Origin: a bacterium
GTDB lineage: Bacteria; SAR324; NAC60-12
Assembly (NCBI GenBank): GCA_965209155.1
Contig: OZ242383.1
Coordinates: 1,056,001 to 1,120,000 of the forward strand
DNA: 64,000 bases
Direction of reading: 5' to 3'
Each line of letters opens with the position of its first letter. Positions within the stretch are counted from its first letter, which is position 1. Positions 43,834 through 54,017 of the stretch are shown here, piece by piece. Position numbers and translations under genes: made by a program. Under the pieces are notes generated by a model. The model was not told the origin of the DNA. It saw only the letters and a program-made list of their open reading frames with translations, and ran no database searches.

Positions 43834-44646
43834 ATGATAAACTGGCATCGCCTTTTTGGCTTGGCGCTTACCGATTTTTTTACCGATTCCACCTGGGTTG
43901 TAGAGTTGGAAAAGGATCTGTCTCTCAAAAGACAGCTGCTGGATGTCGTCATTTTGAGGAAAGCGACAGGTCACCTGATCGAGCCCTTGCCGGATGGTTT
44001 GGACAATCTGAGGCAATACAATCTGCTCAGTTACAAATCTCTGAGAGAGCCCTTTGATGATTGGGCCTTGAAAGAACTGACCGGGCATTATGTGAATTAT
44101 CGAAAGCAGATCAGTCCTTCGTTTCAGGACCTGTTACCTGAAGAGGAATTTCAACTCTATGGCGTGTGTTCCCGTTATCCACAAAAACTCGCTACCCAGG
44201 TGGAGTTCCAGGTGATCCAAGAGGGAGTCTATGAGATTCAGCGGGGGAGTGACCTCATTCGGCTGATTGTACTGAGTGAGATCACTCATGCGGAGCATAA
44301 TGCGATTTGGCATTTATTCAGTGGCATTCCCGGAGAAGTTGAGTTTGCCTCGCGTCAATACCGTGGGCATACCCGGGAAATCAGTACGATATTAAATCAA
44401 CTCTTTGAGAACTATCAATTGGAGGGATTAGAGATGGCCTATACGATGAAAGATTTTCAAAAAGATTATGTACGCGAGCATTTAGGTGTACTTTCAACCG
44501 ATGAGGTCCTCAAACGGTTTTCGACCGATGAGGTCCTCAAACGGTTTTCGACCGATGAGGTCCTCAAACGCTTTTCTCTGGAAGAGATTCAGAAATATCT
44601 GGAAAAGAAGCAAAAGCGAAATCGAGCAAATGCCCCACATAAATAG
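43834..44646 (+). CDS. Rpn/PD-(D/E)XK-like protein with C-terminal STDEVLKRF repeats (intact copy)
   Basis: AAGGA RBS; WHRLFG, LLDVVI...NLLSYKS; three 27-bp repeats at 44494-44574. Confidence 0.7.
   Translation: MINWHRLFGLALTDFFTDSTWVVELEKDLSLKRQLLDVVILRKATGHLIEPLPDGLDNLRQYNLLSYKSLREPFDDWALKELTGHYVNYRKQISPSFQDLLPEEEFQLYGVCSRYPQKLATQVEFQVIQEGVYEIQRGSDLIRLIVLSEITHAEHNAIWHLFSGIPGEVEFASRQYRGHTREISTILNQLFENYQLEGLEMAYTMKDFQKDYVREHLGVLSTDEVLKRFSTDEVLKRFSTDEVLKRFSLEEIQKYLEKKQKRNRANAPHK
44434..44646 (+). CDS. Putative in-frame intragenic small protein (Rpn-S-like antitoxin candidate)
   Basis: GGAGGG 7 nt upstream of internal ATG (MAYTMKDFQKDY...). Confidence 0.55.
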   Translation: MAYTMKDFQKDYVREHLGVLSTDEVLKRFSTDEVLKRFSTDEVLKRFSLEEIQKYLEKKQKRNRANAPHK

Positions 44647-44814
44647 GTTTATTCTTGCTGAAGCGCTTCGAGCCGCTCGTCGAAGGGGATGACATACCCC
44701 TTTAAACCTATCCCATTCCACCCATTGGTTTCGACTCGGCCCACCCCCTGAAGTAGATCTCGTTAACTGTCTCCAGATCCAGTGCCTTCTGCAGTTTTGG
44801 TATCAATCATTTTC

Positions 44815-45339
44815 GTTGTCTGGCTTGAATGTTTGAAACTTCAAGCAAGTATTGACGTTTCAATTCCTCTAATTGATTTTGGAGCCCCTGGGATTCCTTC
44901 AATCGTTGTTTCAACTAGTGCACTGCAAAGCGGATCGTCAAATCATCTCGATTGAATACTTTTCCGACCTCCCGAATCGTTGCGGACATCCAATCGAAAG
45001 CCAACAGGCCAATCATCGCGCGGGCTTCACTCAACTTTCGTGCTGCAGAGTAACCGTGTCATTCCTGGCTTGACCAGGAATCCAGAGGTATGCAGCCAGA
45101 CTGAAATCTGGATTCCGGGTCTTCGCCTGGAATGACATATACGCCAGGATTCTCCTATTTTTGAAGATTGATGTCGAACTCGGGTTAATTCCTGCTCCGG
45201 TAGTTGATAAATTCGAGCCACTTGATGAATGATCCGTCCTGAAAGAGGGGGAGTACAGGGAGGGACATGATTGCTCGTAAAATAAAAGGCGTGAATCCGA
45301 TGATCAAAGCATATGCAACCTTCTTGGAGCAAATGATAA
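44815..45339 (-). mobile_element. Y1/RAYT-derived element copy C (right-truncated, has REP insert)
   Basis: GTCTGGCTTGAATGTTTGAAA left end; aligns with copy H. Confidence 0.82.
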
Positions 45340-45527
45340 GGGAATTATATACCGAAGTGCCCACCCGCAGAGGCGGGCAGCCCCCCCTCCCGTCGGAATC
45401 ACTCATCGGGATAGAATCCGGATGCGGTAGTGTATCTGTTTGAAAATTAAGAGGAGAATGAAAAAAGACGCCATAAGAACGATACCAGTTTTCTTATGGC
45501 GTTGGGATGGTTATTGTTCAGCCGATT

Positions 45528-45743
45528 TTATAAATTCATTCTGTGTAAAGCATCATCGACTTTCTTGACTACACGTTTATCTAATTCATCAAACATGCGC
45601 TTGTCTCTGGCATCCATATCTTCAAATATACGCTTGTCTCTCGCGTCCAGTTCTTCTTTAGTCTGTCGTTGCATTTCACTCATCAGCATATGAATTCCTT
45701 GCGCTATCATAAGCGCTCCTCCGTTTAATTGATTCTTATCCAT
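45528..45743 (-). CDS. Small coiled-coil protein (71 aa, DARDKR repeats)
   Basis: AAGGGGGA RBS before ATG; 11-aa repeat unit. Confidence 0.6.
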   Translation of the reverse strand: MDKNQLNGGALMIAQGIHMLMSEMQRQTKEELDARDKRIFEDMDARDKRMFDELDKRVVKKVDDALHRMNL

Positions 45744-45867
45744 AGCAATCCCCCTTAAAATATTAAAATTAATTTTTTCACTAAAACAACTTAGTGAAGG
45801 CATGATCAAGACAGTATGATATATATATTTGCATAATGTCAACCCCCAAAATATAAAAATATCGGAA

Positions 45868-45970
45868 TCACTCATCGGGATAGAAGCCGGATGCAACCAC
45901 GAAAACCTGTTCCTGTCCTGGCAACCGGAAGCCTGTGGCGTATGCGATCTTCCGCGAGCCGGTCTCCTCG
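45868..45970 (-). pseudogene. C-terminal end of a Cache-domain gene interrupted by IS21
   Basis: Reads EETGSRKIAYATGF...VVASGFYPDE* in frame with 49682-49952 once the IS is removed. Confidence 0.7.
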
Positions 45971-46318
45971 TGTTAACGCCACTGTAAAACTTAACCAAGT
46001 GTGGCGACTTGAATGATAGCCAATAGTTAGCGGATGTTTTTTTACTACTTTTTACTTTGTCTCGTTTTTTCTTCTATTCATTTACTTTCCAATCAATAAA
46101 TTTTGTTTTCCTCTCCATTTTCTTTCTCATGCTTGTTCTTCCTTCCTCTGAGAGCTGAATCAACATGGAGCGAGCAATGGTGTAAGAAGTTGTTTTACCT
46201 GTTCATTTTTCTTCTTCATTTGAGTGGGAGGCAGTGATTTCTTTGATACTTTGAGTCATGTTCCTGTAAGACAAGTTTTTCTTGAAGGAAGCCCCTCAAA
46301 GCATCAACAGGAGATCCT

Positions 46319-46849
46319 ATGCAAACAGGTAGATGCATCAACTGCCACCAATTTTTCCTCCGCCGCCCTCAAAACAAGGAGCAAAGTTACTGCAGCCTGA
46401 AGAGGTGTCAGCGTGCGCGCAAGACGAATTGGGAGCGTAAAAAGTTAGCCAGCGATCCAGACTATCAACAGAACCGAAAAGCTAGTCAGAAGGCTTGGCA
46501 AGAAAGCCACCGCGATTATTGGAAAGTCTATCGAGAAAAACATCCAGTTCAGGCTGAGCGCAATCGAAAACTTCAGTTGATCCGCAATGCCAAACAGCGG
46601 GGGTATATTGTGGAAAAACTCTCGATGAATACCATTCCTTCCATCTCTCCGCTCAGATCAAAGCCCTTCTCGCTCTCATCAGTGCCGATTGCAAAGACGG
46701 ACGCGTCCATCCCTTATCAATTCTGCCTTATCGCCTCCTCCGATGAGGATTTGATTGCAAAGATGGACGCGTCAAATTCCTCCCCTGCCCAGATTTTTAA
46801 GGCTTTTGTTGAGCTTCCTTTGATTGCAAAGATGGACGCGTTAACCTAA
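46319..46849 (+). CDS. Hypothetical Zn-finger-like protein inside IS21 element
   Basis: CxxC...CxxxxC, basic helical region; AGGAG RBS. Confidence 0.75.
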   Translation: MQTGRCINCHQFFLRRPQNKEQSYCSLKRCQRARKTNWERKKLASDPDYQQNRKASQKAWQESHRDYWKVYREKHPVQAERNRKLQLIRNAKQRGYIVEKLSMNTIPSISPLRSKPFSLSSVPIAKTDASIPYQFCLIASSDEDLIAKMDASNSSPAQIFKAFVELPLIAKMDALT

Positions 46850-46896
46850 AAGAACCTTGAGATATCAACAACTTATCCGTGATTGCAAAGAAGGAC
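46687..46896 (+). repeat. Four ~20-bp direct repeats GATTGCAAAGATGGACGCGT (iteron-like)
   Basis: Copies at 46687, 46753, 46822 and partial at 46881. Confidence 0.85.
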
Positions 46897-46973
46897 TTTA
46901 TTGCCACCACCCTTCAGTTGAGTTAAAAACGATGAAAACCTTGTTAACCATCCATCCAAAAGAAGGAGCTGTG

Positions 46974-47327
46974 ATGAGAAAGCAGTTGATTATGAAAAGC
47001 AGACGACGGGTGATCGAGGGAAGTTTTAGCTTCATTCCTCACCGATTTTTGAGGGAGGGCTTTTTTGAATGCCTGCGATCTGAGGAATTGATCTTATATT
47101 TTTTTTATGTGATGGCCGCGGATGCTCAAGGACTTTCCTACTACAGTCCCAAGACCATCACTCAACTGCTGAAAATGGAGAGGGATGTCTATCAACAGGC
47201 CTTGAGTGGTTTATTGCAAATGGATCTGATCGCCACAGAAGAGACCTTAGTGCAGGTCCTTCACTTGCCCCTGTCTCCACTAAGAAGATCCCCCTCACCC
47301 TCTGACTGTAAAGGTCCCTGTGATTGA
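46974..47327 (+). CDS. Winged-HTH (replication-initiator-like) protein inside IS21 element
   Basis: FSFIPHRF, LILYFFY, GLSYYSPKTITQLL, ALSGLLQMDLI pattern; AAGGAG RBS; overlaps istA. Confidence 0.65.
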   Translation: MRKQLIMKSRRRVIEGSFSFIPHRFLREGFFECLRSEELILYFFYVMAADAQGLSYYSPKTITQLLKMERDVYQQALSGLLQMDLIATEETLVQVLHLPLSPLRRSPSPSDCKGPCD

Positions 47328-48786
47328 TCAGCATACTCTCTTTGAAATCCATCGCCTGCATGCAGAAGGACTTTCTCAGCGAAAAATTGCTCTTCGCTTG
47401 AACCTTTCCCGTGCGACGGTGAAGCGGCATCTCTGCCATCCTCAAATTGTGCGAAAAAAAATTAAAAAACCATCTAAACTCAATCCTTTTAAAGCGCATA
47501 TGGAGCAATGGTTGCAAAGTGATGCCAGCCTCAGCGCAACGGTGGTTTTGCAGCGTCTGCAAGGGCTTGGATTCGAGGGGAGGTATGGGATTGTGAAAGA
47601 CTATCTCAGAAAGATTCGCCCCAAACCCGCTGCGATGCCCATCAGACGCTTTGAAAGCCAGCCGGGGGAACAGTTCCAAATCGATTGGGGTTTTTTTGGC
47701 AAACTCAGCTATGGACAAACCCAGCGAAAGCTTTATGCCCTGGCTGTCATTGAATGCCATAGCCGAAAACTCTTTGTTTATTTTAGCCATTCGACAGACC
47801 AGACGGCTTTCCATCAGGCTTTATTAACCGCCTTCCAGTTCTACGGAGGAACTACCAAAGAACTGGTGTTTGATAACATGAAAACCGCCGTCGTTGAACG
47901 AGTGGGATCCATCATCCGATTTAACGGAGCCTTTTTAGATTTTCTCCGCCCCTTTCAGCTCATCCCGAAGGCTTGTTCGCCGAGGCTTCCGCGATCGAAA
48001 GGCAAAGTGGAGAGGGTGATCCGCTATATTCGGGATAATTTTTGGCCTCTTCGTCAGTTCAAAGATCTGGCCGATGTCCAGCAGCAAATGAATCATTGGC
48101 TGCAGACAGTGGCCAATGTGCGCCAGCATCAAACCACCTTAGAAAAACCCGATGAACGCTTTCAACCTCAAACGCTTCGAGCCTTGCCCCCTTGCTTGCC
48201 CGATTGTTATCTGACCCGCCGTGTGACTGTCTTAGCCGATGCCACCGTGACCTTCGATTCAAATTATTATTCCGTACCCGACTGGACATTAGGACACCGG
48301 CTCACCCTCAAAGCCGACCAATATGAGGTCTTGCTCTTTATTAAAGAGCGCCGTGTGGCCCAGCATTTAAGATCTTGGCAACGCAAACAAAGGCTGGAAA
48401 ATCCCAAACATCGAAACCCTCAAAAACGCTCCCCTCTACCGCATCCGGACTGTGTTTATTTTCTTTCATTGGCGCCCTGTTGCCAAACCTTTCTGCAGGG
48501 CATCAATCAATCGGGGATGGCTTTACAAAAGACGATTCAGCAACTGCTCAAACTTTTAGAGCAATACGGCTTAGACTCTTTAGTCATTGCCCTTGAAAAG
48601 GCCATCCATCACCACGCTTTTGGCCTCGATTATGTCAAAAATATCCTCTACCAGGAAATGAGGCCCGTCTCCCATCAACCTCCAGTGGTTTTGAAACAAG
48701 AAGCCTTAAATCATATCCGCCTCACCCCGCATTCGCTGGCCGAATATGATGCCCTCGTCCTGCAGAGAAAGAAGGGGGAGAGATGA
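47320..48786 (+). CDS. istA: IS21 transposase IstA
   Basis: N-terminal HTH, PGEQFQIDWG, FDNMKTAV, KGKVER, YSVP. Confidence 0.95.
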   Translation: MIDQHTLFEIHRLHAEGLSQRKIALRLNLSRATVKRHLCHPQIVRKKIKKPSKLNPFKAHMEQWLQSDASLSATVVLQRLQGLGFEGRYGIVKDYLRKIRPKPAAMPIRRFESQPGEQFQIDWGFFGKLSYGQTQRKLYALAVIECHSRKLFVYFSHSTDQTAFHQALLTAFQFYGGTTKELVFDNMKTAVVERVGSIIRFNGAFLDFLRPFQLIPKACSPRLPRSKGKVERVIRYIRDNFWPLRQFKDLADVQQQMNHWLQTVANVRQHQTTLEKPDERFQPQTLRALPPCLPDCYLTRRVTVLADATVTFDSNYYSVPDWTLGHRLTLKADQYEVLLFIKERRVAQHLRSWQRKQRLENPKHRNPQKRSPLPHPDCVYFLSLAPCCQTFLQGINQSGMALQKTIQQLLKLLEQYGLDSLVIALEKAIHHHAFGLDYVKNILYQEMRPVSHQPPVVLKQEALNHIRLTPHSLAEYDALVLQRKKGER

Positions 48787-49520
48787 GTGAAAAAATAAAA
48801 AAACAATGTCAGAGCCTCCATCTCAGTGGCCTTTGCCAGCATTTTGAAGCGATTTTTAAAACTGCCTCGCAAAAAAACTGGACTCATCATCAATTGCTCG
48901 AGAGCTTGTTTGATCTCGAACTGGACCATCGTCTCCATAAGCGCATTCAATTGCGCTTGAAGCAAGCCAAACTGCCCGCCACTCCCACCATCGAGAGCTT
49001 TGATTTTGCCCACCACCCCTCTCGAAAAAAGAACAAAGGCAGAATTTTACAATTGATGCAATTGGACTTTATCAAGAATAGCGAGGATGTTATCCTGATT
49101 GGCAATCCAGGGGTGGGCAAGACCCACTTGGCTTTATGCCTGGCATACGAGGCCACTCAGAACGCCATGCGCACTTTATTTACCACAGCAACCGACATGA
49201 TTAACCATTTGATTGCTGCCGAATCGGACCATTCCCTGGTCAAAAAACTCAGCCATTACACCGAACCGGACCTCCTCCTCTGCGATGAGATCGGTTATCT
49301 GCCACTGGATCAACAAGGAAGCAGCCTCTTTTTCCAGGTCATTAGTCGCAGGCATCAGAGAAAATCAACCTTTCTCACCACAAACCTGCCTTTTGCCCAA
49401 TGGGGGAATCTCTTTGATTCGACCACTGTGGCCACTGCCATTGCAGATCGACTGGTAATGAATTCGGAGGTTATCATTTTAGAAGGAGAAAGCTATCGTA
49501 GAAATAAAAGAAAAAAATGA
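48783..49520 (+). CDS. istB: IS21 helper ATPase IstB
   Basis: GNPGVGKTHLA, DEIGY, TTNLPF, AIADRL, GESYR. Confidence 0.96.
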   Translation: MSEKIKKQCQSLHLSGLCQHFEAIFKTASQKNWTHHQLLESLFDLELDHRLHKRIQLRLKQAKLPATPTIESFDFAHHPSRKKNKGRILQLMQLDFIKNSEDVILIGNPGVGKTHLALCLAYEATQNAMRTLFTTATDMINHLIAAESDHSLVKKLSHYTEPDLLLCDEIGYLPLDQQGSSLFFQVISRRHQRKSTFLTTNLPFAQWGNLFDSTTVATAIADRLVMNSEVIILEGESYRRNKRKK

Positions 49521-49681
49521 AAAAGGCATATAGCCCCTTCCATCCGCTGTTTTAAAGGTATGAGGCCACATCACATCACTGCACCTTGTCGCTCAATACT
49601 CAACCTACTCCTCTGCCCACTTAACTACGTGGTAAACTTCCAAATTGCCGTTTTTGGTATACTTTACTACTGCCATCAACA

Positions 49682-49960
49682 CCTCGTCGCCCTCCACCGC
49701 CGGGTTGTCGAACATGTACTCGACGTAGCCGCCGCCGGCCTCGCCCGCCGCCAGCAACTCCCGAAGGTAGCGGACGCCGTTAACGTCCTCGCAGTCTATG
49801 TCCTCGAATTGACGGTCCTCGAACCGAAAAGGGAAGCCCCCGTGGAAGAGCGTGTATGCGTCGGTGCTGATTACGAAGATGTAGACCGAGCCCGATTTCC
49901 AGTCGCCGACCTCTTGTCGAAAGGCGGTCTTCGTGTCTGCCAGTCCTCTCAAGTTCGGCG
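49682..49960 (-). pseudogene. Cache-domain gene fragment (N-terminal part of IS21 target)
   Basis: WKSGSVYIFV, DVNGV, GGGYVEYMFDNPAV; GC-rich. Confidence 0.65.
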
Positions 49961-49986
49961 ATAGCGTGGCATCTCGATACTGAAAT

Positions 49987-51399
49987 GGGGTCTGGCTTGA
50001 ATGTTTGAAACTTCAAGCAAGTATTTGACGTTCCAGTTCCTTTAATTGATTTTGGAGACTCCCGGATTCCTTCAATCGTTGTTTCAACTGGTGCACTGCA
50101 AAGCGGATCGTAGAATCATCTCGATTGAAAACTTTTCCGACCTCCCGAATCGTCGCGGACTTCCAATTGAAAGCCAACATGCCAATCATCGCGTAGGCTT
50201 CACTCAACTTTCATGACTGCAGAGAAACCGTGTCATTCCTGGCTTGACCAGGAATCCAGAGGTATACAGCCAGACTGAAATCTGGGTTCCGGGTCTTAGC
50301 CCGGAATGACATATACGCCAGGATACTCCTATAATTGAAGATTTATGTCGAACTCGGGTTAATTCATTCTCTGGTTGTTGATAAACTCGAGCCACTTGAT
50401 GAATGATACATCCTCAAAGAGGAGGAGAACAGGAAGGGACATGTTTGATTGCTCATTAAAAAAGGCGTGAATTCCTTGATCAAAGCATTGGGAAGCTTCT
50501 GGGAGCAAGTGATAAAATTGTCGATAGTCGAGCGGACAGAAAAAAATGGATTGCCCTCCATTGCCACGAAGCATCACATGGTCATTCGCACTAGGATAGT
50601 AAAGGCGTGGTTGACGAGCCACCTTCAGAAACAAGCGAGAAGGAAAGTCAATTCGATTTAAAGAAAAAAATAACGCTAATTTTCCATCAGTCACCGTAAA
50701 GAACTGACTTATAGTGGTTTTGAGCCACCTTTCGTCATTCCTCCGGCACAGATCCGGACGTGCGCTACTAACGCATCCGGCTCCTGCCTCGAGTCAGACG
50801 CTCAAACGTTGATTCGCCGTTTGGCGTACCCTGTCTAGGCCACTCTCTGATTTTACCGGACTCTGGGTTCCGGGCACAGGAGGGTAAGCAGAATTTCTCT
50901 CGGCCAAGTCCCTTGGCTCCACTAGCTCCGTTGATTTCCTTTGCATTGTTAGATCTCTGCAAGTGATTTCATTGTTCGCCGCTTCATCGCTACTGTGAAC
51001 TTGTCCGACTTCCTGAAAACGTGGATGCTGGGGTTATTTATTAATTTTCCGGCCCGACTGCCAAGGGAACATTGACAGTCATCTTCAGGATCTCCCAGGT
51101 TCCGATCAAGAAACTTCCACACATGCACCGGGTCTTTGACTCCGCCAGGCCCAACCGGGACTCACGCTAGCGCCTTCGGTTGATATTGACTTCCCCACCA
51201 GGCTACAGGGTCGGCACCTGAAACTATGATTTCGGAGCTCAATAACCGAGCCTATGCGCTCCCCTGTCAACGCTTAGCGCTTATCCTTACGGATAACCAC
51301 CCATGACTTGGGGCCTCGGCGGGTCGTTACTGCCTTACCGAGTAAGAGACTTTCACTCTCTATTTCTTGCCAGCTTTCCTGGCGCACAGCCAGACCCCC
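49987..51399 (-). mobile_element. Y1/RAYT-derived element copy D (REP insert; intron in right IR)
   Basis: GGGGTCTGGCTTGAATGTTTGAAA ... AGCCAGACCCC. Confidence 0.88.
50690..51387 (-). ncRNA. ORF-less group II intron, copy 2
   Basis: Near-identical to 43026-43723, same boundaries. Confidence 0.9.
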
Positions 51400-51497
51400 T
51401 TTGTAAACTCCAAATTTCACACTTGCGCGTTTTTCTATAGATTGGCATCATAAAATGACAATCCAATGTATTTTGTCATGCAACCGATGAAAGGAAA

Positions 51498-52337
51498 ATG
51501 ATAAACTGGCATCGCCTTTTTGGCTTGGCGCTTACCGATTTTTTTACCGATTCCACCTGGGTTGTAGAGTTGGAAAAGGATCTGTCTCTCAAATGACAGC
51601 TGCTGGATGTCGTCATTTTGAGGAAAGCGACAGGTCACCTGATCGAGCCCTTGCCGGATGGTTTGGACAATCTGAGGCAATACAATCTGCTCAGTTACAA
51701 ATCTCTGAGAGAGCCCTTTGATGATTGGGCCTTGAAAGAACTGACCGGGCATTATGTGAATTATCGAAAGCAGATCAGTCCTTCGTTTCAGGACCTGTTA
51801 CCTGAAGAGGAATTTCAACTCTATGGCGTGTGTTCCCGTTATCCACAAAAACTCGCTACCCAGGTGGAGTTCCAGGTGATCCAAGAGGGAGTCTATGAGA
51901 TTCAGCGGGGGAGTGACCTCATTCGGCTGATTGTACTGAGTGAGATCACTCATGCGGAGCATAATGCGATTTGGCATTTATTCAGTGGCATTCCCGGAGA
52001 AGTTGAGTTTGCCTCGCGTCAATACCGTGGGCATACCCGGGAAATCAGTACGATATTAAATCAACTCTTTGAGAACTATCAATTGGAGGGATTAGAGATG
52101 GCCTATACGATGAAAGATTTTCAAAAAGATTATGTACGCGAGCATTTAGGTGTACTTTCAACCGATGAGGTCCTCAAACGGTTTTCGACCGATGAGGTCC
52201 TCAAACGGTTTTCGACCGATGAGGTCCTCAAACGGTTTTCGACCGATGAGGTCCTCAAACGCTTTTCTCTGGAAGAGATTCAGAAATATCTGGAAAAGAA
52301 GCAAAAGCGAAATCGAGCAAATGTCCCACATAAATAG
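51498..52337 (+). pseudogene. Rpn-like gene copy 2, nonsense AGA>TGA at 51594; four 27-bp repeats; internal ORF 52098-52337 intact
   Basis: Direct comparison with 43834-44646. Confidence 0.85.
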
Positions 52338-52505
52338 GTTTATTCTTGCTGAAGCGCTTCGAGCCGCTCGTCGAAGGGGATGACATACCCCTTTAAACCA
52401 ATCCCATTCCACCCATTGGTTTCGACTCGGCCCACCCCCTGAAGTAGATCTCGTTAACTGTCTCCAGATCCGGTGCCTTCTACAGTTTTGGTGTCAATCA
52501 TTTTC

Positions 52506-53919
52506 GGTGTCTGGCTTGAATGTTTGAAACTTCAAGCAAGTATTTGACGATTCAGTTTCTCTAATTGATTTTGGAGACCCTCGGATTCCTTCAATCGTTG
52601 TTTCAACTAGTGCACGGCAAAGCGGATCGTCGAATCGTCTCGATTGAAAACTTTTCCGACCTCCCGAATCGTTGCGGACTTCCAATCGAAAGCCAACAGG
52701 CCAATCATCGCGCGGGCTTCACTCAACTTTCGTGACTGCAGAGAAACCGTATCATTCCTGGCTTGACCAGGAATCCAGGGGTATGCAGTCAGACTGAAAT
52801 CTGGATTCCGGGTCTTCGCCCGGAATGACAAATACGCCAGGATACTCCTATTTTTGAAGATTTATGTCGAACTCGGGTTAATTCATTCTCCTCTAGTTGA
52901 TAAACTCAAGCCACTTGATGAATGGCCCGTCTTGAAAGAAGAGGAGAACAGGGAAGGACATGTTTGATCGCTCATAATACAAAAGGCGTGAATCCGGTGA
53001 TCAAAGCGTTGGGAACCTTCTTGGAGCGAGTGATAAAAAGGTCGATAGTCGGGGGGACAGAAAAAAATGGATTGCCCTCCATTGCCAGAAGCATCACGTG
53101 GTAAAGCGCACCAGGAAAGCAAAGGCATGGTTGACGAGCTATCTTCAGAAACCTGCGAGAAGGAAAGTCAAATCGATTTAAAGAAAAAAATAACGCTAAT
53201 TTTCCATCAGTCACCGTAAAGAACTGACTTATAGTGGTTTCGAGCCACCTTTCGTCATTCCTCCGGCACAGATCCGGACGTGCGCTACTAACGCATCCGG
53301 CTCCTGCCTCGAGTCAGACGCTCAAAAGTTGATTCGCCGTTTGGCGTACCCTGTCTAGGCCACTCTCTGATTTTACCGGACTCTGGGTTCCGGGCACAGG
53401 AGGGTAAGCAGAATTTCTCTCGGCCAAGTCCCTTGGCTCCACTAGCTCCGTTGATTTCCTTTGCATTGTTAGATCTCTGCAAGTGATTTCATTGTTCGCC
53501 GCTTCATCGCTACTGTGAACTTGTCCGACTTCCTGAAAACTTGGATGCCGGGGTTATTTATTAATTTTCCGGCCCGACTGCCAAGGGAACATTGACAGTC
53601 ATCTTCAGGATCTCCCAGGTTCCGATCAAGAAACTTCCACACATGCACCGGGTCTTTGACTCCGCCAGGCCCAACCGGGACTCACGCTAGCGCCTTCGGT
53701 TGATATTGCCTTCCCCACCAGGCTACAGGGTCGGCACCTGAAACTATGATTTCGGAGCTCAATAACCGAGCCTATGCGCTCCCCTGTCAACGTTTAGCGC
53801 TTATCCTTACGGATAACCACCCATGACTTGGGGCCTCGGCGGGTCGTTACTGCCTTACCGAGTAAGAGACTTTCACTCTCTATTTCTTGCCAGCTTTCCT
53901 GGCGCACAGCCAGACCCCC
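52506..53919 (-). mobile_element. Y1/RAYT-derived element copy E (REP insert; intron in right IR)
   Basis: GGTGTCTGGCTTGAATGTTTGAAA ... AGCCAGACCCC. Confidence 0.88.
53210..53907 (-). ncRNA. ORF-less group II intron, copy 3
   Basis: Near-identical to copies 1 and 2. Confidence 0.9.
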
Positions 53920-54017
53920 TTTGTAAACTCCAAATTTCACACTTGCGCGTTTTTCTATAGATTGGCATCATAAAATGACAATCCAATGTATTTTGTCATG
54001 CAACCGATGAAAGGAAA

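Larger units (their letters stand above)
45971..49681 (+). mobile_element. IS21-family element with two extra upstream ORFs (3711 bp)
   Basis: Ends TGTTAACGCCAC... / ...CTGCCATCAACA; 5-bp TSD CCTCG at 45966-45970 and 49682-49686. Confidence 0.9.
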
